From Acidimicrobiaceae bacterium (GTDB lineage Bacteria > Actinomycetota > Acidimicrobiia > Acidimicrobiales > RAAP-2), in contig PLHF01000045.1 of assembly GCA_003138855.1 (NCBI GenBank), forward strand, positions 17,054 to 81,053: a DNA stretch of 64,000 nucleotides, written 5' to 3'. Shown here in pieces: positions 24,037-34,023 of this stretch. Position 1 is the stretch's first letter; each line of letters starts with the position of its first letter. A program made the position numbers and the translations under genes. The notes beneath the pieces are model-generated. The model saw only the letters and a list, made by a program, of their open reading frames with translations. It searched no databases and was not told the DNA's origin.

Positions 24037-24981
24037 ATGACCAAGTACTTCATCAAGCGATTCCTCCAGCTGGTCGTCGTTGCGTTCATCATCTCGGTGC
24101 TGGTGTTCCTGTTGGTCCACCTACTCCCCGGAGACCCGTCGGTCACCATCCTCGGTCCCAACGACACCGCGCACAACCGGGCCATCCTGTTCAAACAGCT
24201 CGGGCTCAACAAGCCCTTGTTGCAGCAGTACACGACCTGGTTGAACGCCGTGTTCCACGGGAACCTCGGTCAGTCCTACCTCAACCACGAATCGGTCACC
24301 CACATCGTGGCCACCGGAGCCCCCATCGACATCGAGCTGATCGTGATCTCCCAGGTCATCGCCTTCGCAGTGGCCATCCCGCTGGCCCTGATCACCTCGC
24401 GGCGACCGAACCGCGCGTTCGACAACGTGTCCACCACCACGACATTCGGGCTCCTGGCCCTTCCGCCCTTCGTCATCGCCCCGATCATGGTGGCCGTCTT
24501 CGCGGTGAGTCTCCACTGGTTTCCGGCCACCGGCTACGTGCCCCTCACCCAGGACCCGGCGACCAACCTCCATGACATGATCCTGCCTTCGCTCGCCATC
24601 ACCGCCGGGTCGATCGCCGTCTACTACCGTCTTCTCCGATCGGACCTGATCAGCACCCTCCAGGAGGACTTCATCACCATGGCCCGTTCCAAGGGCCTCT
24701 CCAATCGGCGGATCATGTTGCGCCACGCCTTCAGACCCTCGACGTTCTCTCTTCTGGCCGCGGCAGGAGTCAACATCGGTGCCCTGCTGGCCGGCACCTT
24801 CATCGTGGAGTACCTGTTCGCCCTCAGCGGCCTCGGCTACTCCCTGGTGCAGGCGGTCCAGCAGCGGGACTACCTGGTCGTCCAGGGCATCTCCCTGGTG
24901 GTGGCGATCGCCTATGTGGTGCTGCAGTTCATCATCGACTTCTTGTTCACCGTTGTCGATCCGAGGGTAGTCCGGGAGTGA
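24037..24981 (+). CDS. ABC permease (DppB/OppB-like)
   Basis: PGDP, G.LG.S, TMARSKGL, IVEYLF, RDY, DPR. Confidence 0.93.
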   Translation: MTKYFIKRFLQLVVVAFIISVLVFLLVHLLPGDPSVTILGPNDTAHNRAILFKQLGLNKPLLQQYTTWLNAVFHGNLGQSYLNHESVTHIVATGAPIDIELIVISQVIAFAVAIPLALITSRRPNRAFDNVSTTTTFGLLALPPFVIAPIMVAVFAVSLHWFPATGYVPLTQDPATNLHDMILPSLAITAGSIAVYYRLLRSDLISTLQEDFITMARSKGLSNRRIMLRHAFRPSTFSLLAAAGVNIGALLAGTFIVEYLFALSGLGYSLVQAVQQRDYLVVQGISLVVAIAYVVLQFIIDFLFTVVDPRVVRE

Positions 24982-24984
24982 GCG

Positions 24985-25944
24985 ATGCCTGACGACCGCG
25001 AGCTCGGTGGCAGCGACGCCTCCGACCAGCTGCTCACCAACATGTTCCCGGGCCAGGCCGCCACCGACGAGATGGTGCTCTCCCGCGAAACCGAGGCGCT
25101 CGAGTCCGACGACATCCTGGTCACCAAGCCGCTCGGGTTCCTGTTCTGGATGGCCATCGGCTGGTTGGGCCTGGTCTTCCTCCTGGCGGTGTTCGCCAAT
25201 CTGCTGCCGCTTCCCAACCCCGACTTCCAGAACTACTCCGCCATCAATGCCACGCCGAACATCCACCACCTGCTCGGGACCGACGACCTCGGGCGGGACC
25301 TCTTGAGCCGACTGATCTTCGGCGCCCGTGTGTCCCTGATCGTCGGGTTCGCCTCAGTGGCCATCGGCACGATCGTGGGCGGCACGCTCGGGCTGATCTC
25401 GGGGTTCAAGGGCGGGTCACTCGACATCTCGCTGAACGCCGCCTCCTTCGTCCTCCTGGCCTTTCCGGCCATCGTGGCGGTCATCGCCATCGTCGCCTTC
25501 TGGGGGTCGTCGCTCCTCAAGATCACGATCATCATCGGCGTGGGCACTATTCCCTTGATGTTCCGCGTAGTCAGGGCGTCGAGCCTCTCGTTCGCCAACC
25601 GCGACTTCGTGATCGCCGCCCGGACCATGGGCGCCACCACGCCCCGGATCCTGTTCCGTGAGATCCTCCCCAACGTCGTGCCGGTGGCGGTGACCTTCGG
25701 GCTGATCACGGTGGCCGGGGTGATCGTCCTCGAGGGGTCGCTCGCCTTCCTCGGGCTGTCGGTACCGCCTCCCACCCCGTCGTGGGGGAACATGATCTCC
25801 GAGGGCACCGCCAACGGCAATCTGAGCATCAACCCCTACATCATGTTGTGGCCTGCTGCGGCCATGTTCCTCCTGCTCCTCTCCATCAACCTGATCGGCG
25901 ACCGGATGCGCCAGCGGTTCGACATCAGGGAAGGCCTCCTGTGA
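24985..25944 (+). CDS. ABC permease (DppC/OppC-like)
   Basis: HLLGTDDLGRD, GARVSL, AARTMGA, LPN, FLGL...PSWG. Confidence 0.93.
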   Translation: MPDDRELGGSDASDQLLTNMFPGQAATDEMVLSRETEALESDDILVTKPLGFLFWMAIGWLGLVFLLAVFANLLPLPNPDFQNYSAINATPNIHHLLGTDDLGRDLLSRLIFGARVSLIVGFASVAIGTIVGGTLGLISGFKGGSLDISLNAASFVLLAFPAIVAVIAIVAFWGSSLLKITIIIGVGTIPLMFRVVRASSLSFANRDFVIAARTMGATTPRILFREILPNVVPVAVTFGLITVAGVIVLEGSLAFLGLSVPPPTPSWGNMISEGTANGNLSINPYIMLWPAAAMFLLLLSINLIGDRMRQRFDIREGLL

Positions 25945-27068
25945 TCGGCCGGAGAGGCCCACAGAACGGCAAGCGCGCCCTCGAGTTCCCGGACGTGGGA
26001 GAATCCGACGAGCCGTTGTTGGTCGTGGAGAACCTGCACACCTCGTTCCGCACCGGCCGGGGAACCGTGCACGCCGTCGATGGTGTCTCCCTGACCGTCG
26101 CGGCAGGGACGACCCTCGGGATCGTCGGGGAGTCCGGCTCGGGCAAGACCGTGCTGGCGAGGTCGATCATGGGCCTGCTCCCGGTGCGTGACGTGATCAA
26201 GAGCGGCACGGTGCACTTCGCCGGTCACGACCTGACCGCCATGGAACCGGACCAGCTCCGAGAGATCTGGGGTGCAGAGCTGAGCATGATCTTCCAAGAT
26301 CCGATGACCGCCCTCAACCCGGTCAAGCGGATCGGGATACAGATCACCGAATCCCTGCGGCTCCATCTGGACATGGACCGCAAGGAGGCCGACGCCACGG
26401 CCGTCGAACTCCTGCGATCTGTGGGCATCCCGTCGCCCGAGCAACGGGTGCGGTGGTATCCCTTCCAGCTCTCGGGGGGAATGCGGCAACGGGTGATGAT
26501 CGCCATCGCCCTCGCCTGCGCGCCACGTCTGATCATGGCTGACGAGCCGACGACCGGCCTGGACGTCACCGTCCAGGCCCAGATACTCGACCTGCTCGGC
26601 AAGCTCCAGCGAGAGCGCCACATGGCGGTCATCCTGGTCACCCACGACCTCGGGGTGGTGGCCGACCGGGCCGACGAGATCGTGGTCATGTACGCCGGGC
26701 GTGTCGTCGAGCGGGCGCCGACCCGCACGTTGTTCGCCGAAACCCACATGCCCTACACCCGGGCGCTCATGGAATCGATCCCCCGCCTCGCCGATCCGAG
26801 CGGCACCCGGCTGCAGGCCATCCCCGGACGGCCACCGGACCTCATCCATCCGCCGAAGGGCTGCCGGTTCGCCCCCCGCTGTGCCTTCGCCCAGGACAAG
26901 TGTCGGGAGTCGGATCCCCCACTCCGCACCGCCGGCTCGCCCGACCACCTGTTCGCCTGCTGGTTCCCGCTGGTCCACGGCACGTCCACGGCGCCATCGG
27001 CATCGGCATCGGCATCGGCAGCTGGCGATACCACCATCGACCCGGGGCCAGTGGTGCAGTCACCATGA
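25941..27068 (+). CDS. ABC ATP-binding protein (DppD/OppD-like)
   Basis: GESGSGKT, FQDPMTALNP, LSGGMRQR, DEPTT, GCRFAPRC; GTG start overlaps the upstream stop. Confidence 0.93.
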   Translation: MIGRRGPQNGKRALEFPDVGESDEPLLVVENLHTSFRTGRGTVHAVDGVSLTVAAGTTLGIVGESGSGKTVLARSIMGLLPVRDVIKSGTVHFAGHDLTAMEPDQLREIWGAELSMIFQDPMTALNPVKRIGIQITESLRLHLDMDRKEADATAVELLRSVGIPSPEQRVRWYPFQLSGGMRQRVMIAIALACAPRLIMADEPTTGLDVTVQAQILDLLGKLQRERHMAVILVTHDLGVVADRADEIVVMYAGRVVERAPTRTLFAETHMPYTRALMESIPRLADPSGTRLQAIPGRPPDLIHPPKGCRFAPRCAFAQDKCRESDPPLRTAGSPDHLFACWFPLVHGTSTAPSASASASAAGDTTIDPGPVVQSP

Positions 27069-28105
27069 GCACCGTCTCTGCCGCCACCGCTGGCGGGCCG
27101 CCGTCCGCCAGCGAGGACACCGTGCTGAGCGTCGACCATCTCGTGGTCGAGTTCAAGAGCGGCAGGCAGCGTGTCCATGCGGTCTCCGATGTGAGCTTCC
27201 AGGTGAGGAAGGGCGAGACACTGGGGCTCGTGGGCGAATCGGGCTGCGGAAAGTCGACCACTGGGCGGGCACTGGTGCAGGTGCAGCCACCGACCTCGGG
27301 CAGTGTCAACTACCTGGGTCAGGACCTCAGTGCGCTGTCCAACCGGCAGCTGCGGAAGGTCCGGACCAAGATCCAAATGATCTTCCAGGATCCGATCTCC
27401 TCACTCAACCCCCGGCGGCGGGTGAAGGACATCGTGGCCGAACCCCTGGTCATCTGGAAGAGGGGTACCAAGGACGAGAAGGCCGACAAGGTGCGTTCCA
27501 TGCTCGAGGCGGTCGGCATCGACCCCGACACGGCAGGCGACCGCCGGCCCCAGGAGTTCTCCGGCGGGCAGTGCCAGCGCATCAGCATCGCTCGGGCCCT
27601 GATGGCCGGCCCCGACCTGCTCATCTGCGACGAGCCGGTGTCGGCGCTCGACGTGTCCGTGCAGGCCCAGATCCTGAATTTGTTGGCTGACCTCAAGGCC
27701 CGATTCAGCCTGACCATGGTCTTCATCGCCCACGACCTCGCCGTCGTCAAGAACGTGAGCGATCGGGTGGCCGTGATGTACCTGGGGAAGCTGGTAGAGC
27801 TCGCTGGCTCCGACGACCTCTACCGTTCGGCCGCGCACCCCTACACCGAGGCGTTGATGGCGTCGATCCCCGAACCGGACCCCGAACAGAAGTCCGCCCA
27901 CAAGGCCCTGTCGGGAGAGCTCCCCTCACCGCTCAACCCACCGTCAGGGTGCCGGTTCCGCACCCGCTGCCCCTATGCTGCGCCGCTGTGTGCAGAACAG
28001 GAACCTTTGCTCCGGGAGGTTGCGCCGGGCCACCAGGTGGCATGCCACTTCCCCCTCGTCGGGGGGAAGGCGGACACCTCGGCGGCCCCGAATCCTGCGG
28101 ATTGA
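27065..28105 (+). CDS. ABC ATP-binding protein (DppF/OppF-like)
   Basis: GESGCGKST, FSGGQCQR, DEPVSALD, HPYT, GCRFRTRC; ATG start overlaps the upstream stop. Confidence 0.93.
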   Translation: MSTVSAATAGGPPSASEDTVLSVDHLVVEFKSGRQRVHAVSDVSFQVRKGETLGLVGESGCGKSTTGRALVQVQPPTSGSVNYLGQDLSALSNRQLRKVRTKIQMIFQDPISSLNPRRRVKDIVAEPLVIWKRGTKDEKADKVRSMLEAVGIDPDTAGDRRPQEFSGGQCQRISIARALMAGPDLLICDEPVSALDVSVQAQILNLLADLKARFSLTMVFIAHDLAVVKNVSDRVAVMYLGKLVELAGSDDLYRSAAHPYTEALMASIPEPDPEQKSAHKALSGELPSPLNPPSGCRFRTRCPYAAPLCAEQEPLLREVAPGHQVACHFPLVGGKADTSAAPNPAD

Positions 28106-28230
28106 GCCTGCACGGCTGGCATGTGATCCGCTTCCGCCGGCGAAGTACTCGGGGGCGCCACACGGCGAGTCGGGGGCGTTGAGCAGTCTCCTGTGAAGCG
28201 TGGCCCGGTGGCCGGGTAGCGCGCCGGCTG

Positions 28231-29742
28231 TCAGCCGGCTTCGCTCACCGGTTCGGTGGCAACCGGCACCTCGGCGATCTCCGTCGACTCCGTCTGCTCG
28301 GCGGCAGCAGTCTCGACGGGGGCAGGCTCGGCGGCGGCTTCGACCGCAGCAGTCTCGACGGGGGCAGGCTCGGCGGCGGGGGCCGGCTCGGCGGCAGGGG
28401 CTTCGGCGGTGCCCTCACCCGGGCCGTGCTCGGCCACGTAGTCCACCCAGGCTGCCTGGGCCTCGGTCTCGGGCGTGAACTCGGTCTCGGCGAACTCGAA
28501 GGGGCCCACATAGTTGCCCTCGGCGTCATAGGCGTGCTCACCGAACGCTTCGCGGTACTCCTCGGAGACCTCGCCGCCCTCGGCCGCCTGCTTGATCGAG
28601 AGGCTGATCCGACGCCGCTGGAGATCGATGTCGATGATCTTCACCCACAGCTCTTCGCCCGGGGTGACGACCTGCTCAGGCAGGTCGACATGGTGACCGG
28701 CCATCTCCGAGATGTGGACGAGGCCCTCGATACCATCTCCGACCTGGACGAACGAGCCGAACGGCACCAGCTTGGTAATCCGTCCGTAGACAAGTTCCCC
28801 CACCTGGTGCGAGTTGGCGAACTCCTGCCATGGATCGGTCTGGGTGGCCTTGAGCGACAGGCTGATGCGCTCCTTGGACAGATCCACGTCGAGCACCTCG
28901 ACGTCGATCTCATCACCCACCGATACCACCGATGACGGATGATCGACGTGCTTCCACGACAGCTCGGACACGTGGACCAGTCCGTCCATTCCCCCGAGGT
29001 CGACGAACGCACCGAAGTTGACCACCGACGAGACAACACCCTTGCGGCGCTCGCCCGGCTTGAGGTTGACCAGGAACTCTCCCCGCTGCTCCTTCTGGGT
29101 CTCCTCGAGCCACGCTCGGCGAGACAGCACCACGTTGTTGCGGTTGCGGTCGAGCTCGATGATCTTCGCCTCGATGGTCCGACCGACATACGGCTGGAGC
29201 TCGCGCACCCGCCGCAGTTCCACCAGAGATGCCGGCAGGAAGCCCCGCAGGCCAATATCCACGATCAGGCCGCCCTTGACCACTTCGATCACCGGACCGG
29301 AGACCACTTCGTCGGCCTCCTTCAGCTTCTCGATGGTGCCCCATGCCCGCTCGTACTGAGCCCGCTTCTTCGAAAGGATCAGTCGGCCTTCCTTGTCCTC
29401 CTTCTGGAGCACAAGGGCCTCGATGGCCTCGCCCAGCGTCACGATCTCCGACGGATCCACATCGTTGCGGATCGACAGTTCGCGCACCGGGATGACACCT
29501 TCGGACTTGAATCCGATGTCGAGGAGTACCTCGTCGCGGTCGATCTTGACGACCGTGCCCTCAACCAGGTCGCCGTCCTCGAACTCGACGATGGTGCCGG
29601 CCATGGCGTCCTCGAGGGATGCACCGCCGAGATCGTCCTCGGTGACCGAGCGGGGGATGTAGACCCCGTTCTCGTCGAATGTGCCCATGGATTCGGGAGA
29701 CAGCAGGGCGGTGCCCTCGGGTACGACTTGGGTATCGGACAT
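28231..29742 (-). CDS. rpsA: 30S ribosomal protein S1
   Basis: Four S1 domains (DIGFKSEG, GLRGFLPAS, FGAFVDLGG.DGLVH.SE, EGLVHISE) and acidic tail; ATG 29742 chosen over GTG 29781. Confidence 0.97.
   Translation of the reverse strand: MSDTQVVPEGTALLSPESMGTFDENGVYIPRSVTEDDLGGASLEDAMAGTIVEFEDGDLVEGTVVKIDRDEVLLDIGFKSEGVIPVRELSIRNDVDPSEIVTLGEAIEALVLQKEDKEGRLILSKKRAQYERAWGTIEKLKEADEVVSGPVIEVVKGGLIVDIGLRGFLPASLVELRRVRELQPYVGRTIEAKIIELDRNRNNVVLSRRAWLEETQKEQRGEFLVNLKPGERRKGVVSSVVNFGAFVDLGGMDGLVHVSELSWKHVDHPSSVVSVGDEIDVEVLDVDLSKERISLSLKATQTDPWQEFANSHQVGELVYGRITKLVPFGSFVQVGDGIEGLVHISEMAGHHVDLPEQVVTPGEELWVKIIDIDLQRRRISLSIKQAAEGGEVSEEYREAFGEHAYDAEGNYVGPFEFAETEFTPETEAQAAWVDYVAEHGPGEGTAEAPAAEPAPAAEPAPVETAAVEAAAEPAPVETAAAEQTESTEIAEVPVATEPVSEAG
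28304..28379. repeat. 34-bp direct repeat with 42-bp period in the rpsA tail
   Basis: gcagcagtctcgacgggggcaggctcggcggcgg at 28304 and 28346; encodes AAEPAPVETAA. Confidence 0.85.
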
Positions 29743-29898
29743 GAAGTAGGTAGCTCGCTTTCCGGACGGATCCGTCGGCACCCCTCGGGGTCACGACGGT
29801 GACGGTAAGGGCCACAGAGGCGTGGCCGGCTAGTCATCGTACTCCACCAGCCCGAACGCCATGACGGGCCGGCTCGTCGTGGGTTGGTCAGGGGCTGG

Positions 29899-32856
29899 TC
29901 AGGCTCCTTTTGCCTCCGCCCAGGATGAGCCCCAGGCCATGACCACCTTGAGGGGGACCGCCAGTTGGGCCGCCCCGGTCAGCGCCTGCTCGGTGAGGGC
30001 GGCTACCCGTTCGGACTCGTCGGGGACCACGTCGACCAGGACTTCGTCGTGGACCTGCAGCACCAGATCGGATGCGAACCCCCCCTCCTCGAGCCCGGCG
30101 TCCAGGCGGATCAGGGCCACTTTGAACAGGTCGGCAGCCAGGCCCTGGATACCGGCGTTCATCGCCTGCCGTTCGGCCGCCTGGCGCACCTGGTAGTTGG
30201 TGGAGGTCAGGTCCGGGAGCGGGCGCCTGCGCCCGAATGCGGTCACCGTGTACCCGTTCGTGCGTGCCTCGGCCACCGCGCGTTCCATGTAGTCGTGGAC
30301 GGACGGGAAGGCCTCGAAGAACGCCCGGAGGATCTCTTGGGCCTCTTCCACCGGGATGGCCAGCCGCTGGGAGAGCCCGTAGGCCTCCATTCCGTAAGCC
30401 AGCCCGTAGGACACCATCTTGGCGGTGGACCGTTGGGCATGGGTCACCTTGTCGCGCTCGACGCCGAACACCCGCGCCGCCACGGTGCGGTGGATGTCCT
30501 CGCCGGCAGCGAATGCCGAAGTGAGACCGGGGTCACCCGACAGGTGGGCAATGGCCCGCAACTCCACCTGGTCGTAGTCGGCCACCAACAGGCGACGTCC
30601 GGCGGAAGGCACGAACGCCTCTCGGAAGCGACGGCCCTCCTCGGTGCGGACCGGGATGTTGTGGAGGTTGGGTCGGTCGGACGACAGCCGCCCGGTGCGG
30701 GCCACGGTCTGGCGGAACGTGGCGTGGATGCGGCCGTCCGGTGCCACTTCGCCGGCGAGACTCTCTCCATAGGTGGAGCGGAGCTTCTCAATCTCCCGGT
30801 ACCGCAGCAGGGCCTCGATGATCGGATGCTGGCCACGGAGCAGCTCGAGCGTGCGGGCGTCGGTGGAGAAGCCCGTCTTCGTCTTGCGCGCCGGGGTCAG
30901 GCCCAGCTGGTCGTAGAGCACCGCTCGGAGCTGGGGCACCGAATTGATCTTGAAGGGGGCGCCTGCGAGCTCGTGGATGGTCGCCTCCAGCACACGGCAC
31001 TCCTCGGCCAGACCGGCGGCGATCGAACGCAGCACCTCCCGGTCGACCGGGATCCCCACCACCTCCATCCGGGCCAGCACCCGGACGAGGGGCAGTTCGA
31101 TCTCGTCGAAGAGCGTCGACTCCCCCACGTCGGCCAGGGCCTCCACCAGAGGGGCCCGCAGCCTGGCGAGGACCGAGGTCAGACGAATCTCCGCCATGGC
31201 GAGGGCATCGACCGGATCGGCCGGGGCATGGGTCACACCGGGCGAGTCCGGCGTGTCCGGCGTGTCCGCCACGTCCGGCCCAGCCGACGGATCGGGCGGT
31301 GGCTCGAGCAGGAAGGCACCCTGGCCCTTACCGCCTCCGCCATCGCCGACGGCCACCCCCAAGAAGCGAGCAGCGAGATCCGTCACCCTGTACCGGTCGT
31401 TCGACGGATCGAGGAGGTAGGCGGCCACGGCGGTGTCCATGGTCAGTTGGGTGACGTCCACGCCGAGTGGCAGCAACGACCGCATGATCTCCTTGGCATC
31501 GTGGGCCACGACGCCGACGCCGCCCGCCCCTAATCCGCCGTCGAGTGCCTCGAGAACCCCGGGGTCGGCAGACAGCGGGATGTCCGGGTCTGTGCCGGGC
31601 CCGAGGTACACCACGGGAACCGGCGGCGGGCCGTCAGCCACCGCCTCGCCGGCCACCGCCAGGCCCAGCAGGGGCGACCGGCCCGGATCCCCAGACCAGC
31701 GTGCGGAGAGGGCGACGCTCCCCGTCGTGGCCCGGGCGTAAGCGAACACGGCCTCCAGTGCCTCGCATGCCGACGCTGCGTCCCTGGGTGCCATCACTGA
31801 GGGCGACCCAAGCCAGTCCGGTACCTCGTCTGCGGCCGCTGCACCGAGCCCGTCGAGGCCGCCGGGACCAGGGGTGTCGGCGTCACCAGTGGCAGGTGTC
31901 GCCGGCTTGCCGAGATACCCGTCCTGCATCAATGCCGAAAAGCGCGTCCACAACGTCCGCAACTCCAACTCGGCGAAGGTGCGGCGGGCCTCTTCTAGGT
32001 CCCATCCCCCGAGGGTCAGCTGGTCGACATGGACGTCGAGGGGTATGTCCCGGACCAGGGGGATCACCTCGGCGTTCATGCGCACCCGATCGAGATGGGC
32101 GGCCAGGTTCTCCCTCAGCTTCGGCGAGAGCGCGTCGAGATGGGCGTAGATGGTCTCGAGGTCCCCGTACTCGTTGATCAGCTTGGCTGCGGTCTTCTCC
32201 CCGACGCCGGGTACTCCGGGGAGATTGTCCGACGGGTCGCCCCGCAGTGAGGCGAGGAGCGGGTACTTCGCCGGCTCCACCCCGGTCCTCTCCTCGATGC
32301 CGGCCTCGTCGTAGAGGGAATAATCGCTCACGCCACGCCGGTTGTAGAGCACCCGGATGTAGGGGTCTTCGACCAGTTGGTAGGAGTCGCGGTCCCCCGT
32401 GACGATGATCACCGGGTGCCGGCGATCACGCGCCTCGGTGGCCAGGGTGGCCAGCACGTCATCGGCCTCGAATCCCTCGGCCCCGACGACCGGGATGGAC
32501 AAGGACTCCAGCAACGACCGGATCATGTCGAATTGGGGGGGTAGATCCGGGGGCGTCTCGGCGCGTCCACCCTTGTACTCCTCGACGATCTCGTCCCGGA
32601 AGGTGCCGCCCGGGAGGTCGAAGGCAACCGCCAACCCGACCGGTCGGTGATCGCGGATCAGGTTCACCAGCATCGAGGCGAAACCATGGACGGCGTTGGT
32701 GACCACCCCATCGGCTGTGGTCAGTGTGGTCGGAAGGGCAAAGTAGGCCCGGAAGGCCAGGGACATCCCGTCGAGCAGGATCAGAGGCCCCGAGGGCGGT
32801 TCCGGCCCGCTGTCCGGGATCTTCGATACCTGTCGGGGAGAGGGCCGATCGACCAT
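29899..32856 (-). CDS. polA: DNA polymerase I
   Basis: LLDG.SLAFRAYFA, EADD, GD.SDNLPGVPG.GEKTA, TGRLSS..PNL, ADY.Q.ELR, YG, QVHDE. Confidence 0.98.
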   Translation of the reverse strand: MVDRPSPRQVSKIPDSGPEPPSGPLILLDGMSLAFRAYFALPTTLTTADGVVTNAVHGFASMLVNLIRDHRPVGLAVAFDLPGGTFRDEIVEEYKGGRAETPPDLPPQFDMIRSLLESLSIPVVGAEGFEADDVLATLATEARDRRHPVIIVTGDRDSYQLVEDPYIRVLYNRRGVSDYSLYDEAGIEERTGVEPAKYPLLASLRGDPSDNLPGVPGVGEKTAAKLINEYGDLETIYAHLDALSPKLRENLAAHLDRVRMNAEVIPLVRDIPLDVHVDQLTLGGWDLEEARRTFAELELRTLWTRFSALMQDGYLGKPATPATGDADTPGPGGLDGLGAAAADEVPDWLGSPSVMAPRDAASACEALEAVFAYARATTGSVALSARWSGDPGRSPLLGLAVAGEAVADGPPPVPVVYLGPGTDPDIPLSADPGVLEALDGGLGAGGVGVVAHDAKEIMRSLLPLGVDVTQLTMDTAVAAYLLDPSNDRYRVTDLAARFLGVAVGDGGGGKGQGAFLLEPPPDPSAGPDVADTPDTPDSPGVTHAPADPVDALAMAEIRLTSVLARLRAPLVEALADVGESTLFDEIELPLVRVLARMEVVGIPVDREVLRSIAAGLAEECRVLEATIHELAGAPFKINSVPQLRAVLYDQLGLTPARKTKTGFSTDARTLELLRGQHPIIEALLRYREIEKLRSTYGESLAGEVAPDGRIHATFRQTVARTGRLSSDRPNLHNIPVRTEEGRRFREAFVPSAGRRLLVADYDQVELRAIAHLSGDPGLTSAFAAGEDIHRTVAARVFGVERDKVTHAQRSTAKMVSYGLAYGMEAYGLSQRLAIPVEEAQEILRAFFEAFPSVHDYMERAVAEARTNGYTVTAFGRRRPLPDLTSTNYQVRQAAERQAMNAGIQGLAADLFKVALIRLDAGLEEGGFASDLVLQVHDEVLVDVVPDESERVAALTEQALTGAAQLAVPLKVVMAWGSSWAEAKGA

Positions 32857-32875
32857 GGCGGAGGGGCGCCCCGGC

Positions 32876-33490
32876 CTAGGGCGCGAGCGTGCCCTCGAGC
32901 ACCTGTCGGGCCACGTCCACCATCCGCGAACGGGTCGTCATCGCCGTCTTCTGGATGAAGCCGAACGCCTCGGCCTCGGACAGGCCTGACTGCTCCATCA
33001 GGACGCCTTTGGCACCGTCGACCATCCGTCGGGTCTCGAGCTTGTCCTCGGCGCTGGCTTGGAGGTCGACGCCCCCCTCGGTCTGTGCCCGGTGTGCCTC
33101 GTCGTCGATCGCCCACTCCTGTTCGCAGCGGGCCACGGCCTGGTCGATGGCCGGGATGAGCTCGATGCGCTGAAACGGCTTCACCAGATAGGCGGCCACC
33201 CCGGCATCGCGCGCCTCGTCGATCAGGCTCCGTTGGCTGAAGGCGGTGAGGATCAGCACCGCGACCTTGAGGTCCAGATCGCGAATGGACCGGGCTGCGG
33301 CAAGCCCGTCGGAGCCGGGCATCTTGATGTCGAGGATCACCAGGTCGGGGCGGTGGGCCCGGACCAGTTCGACCGCCTCGTCCCCGCGGCCGGTCTCGCC
33401 CACCACGTCGTACCCCTCGTCCAACAGAATCTCCTTGAGATCGAGACGGATGATGGCCTCGTCCTCTGCGATGACCACGCGCCTGGTCAT
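32876..33490 (-). CDS. pdtaR: REC-ANTAR response regulator (PdtaR-like)
   Basis: AEDE.IIRLD, LDIKMP, LTAFSQ, YLVKPF, AKGVLM...L.E.EAF..IQK.AM; position next to polA and tRNA-Leu. Confidence 0.88.
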   Translation of the reverse strand: MTRRVVIAEDEAIIRLDLKEILLDEGYDVVGETGRGDEAVELVRAHRPDLVILDIKMPGSDGLAAARSIRDLDLKVAVLILTAFSQRSLIDEARDAGVAAYLVKPFQRIELIPAIDQAVARCEQEWAIDDEAHRAQTEGGVDLQASAEDKLETRRMVDGAKGVLMEQSGLSEAEAFGFIQKTAMTTRSRMVDVARQVLEGTLAP

Positions 33491-33623
33491 GGTGTGTCAG
33501 CTCCTCTCGGCTGGGGTTCCGACGACGTCGGCGAACGGTACGAAAAGGTCAGATCCTCGTGCGGCACGGTGGACACCTTCAGCATGGTCTTCCCGGCCCG
33601 CATGGTCATCATGGTCTTCCGGG

Positions 33624-33917
33624 TCAACCGGGGCCGACCACCAGTCGATTGAGCAGTTCGTCCTGCCGCCGCTCGAGTTCGGCGATCAGCGCCAACAGGG
33701 CGGTCCGTGTCTGGAGCATGACCGTGGCATGCCGGTTGGCTTCGTCGTGTTCCTTGGACGCCACCGGCGTCTCGGACACCAGTGCCCTCAACCGGGTGTC
33801 ATCGGCGATCTCGTTGACCACCACCAGCTGCTCGTCGAGCACCGCCAATTCGCTCCGGGCGCGCACCAACCGTTGGTGGGCGTCACTGAGGCGGCGTTCG
33901 ATGATCGTGCGATGCAT
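33624..33917 (-). CDS. Small coiled-coil hypothetical protein
   Basis: 97 aa with heptad pattern; TAGAAT -10 box 9 nt upstream. Confidence 0.7.
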   Translation of the reverse strand: MHRTIIERRLSDAHQRLVRARSELAVLDEQLVVVNEIADDTRLRALVSETPVASKEHDEANRHATVMLQTRTALLALIAELERRQDELLNRLVVGPG

Positions 33918-34023
33918 GGGAGGACAATTCTACGCATGGTGGGAACCAACTCCGCGCCGAGGGTCCGGACTGCCCGCACGGCACCATGGGCACGCCCTTG
34001 GCGACCCCTGCCGGGCGCCGCCT

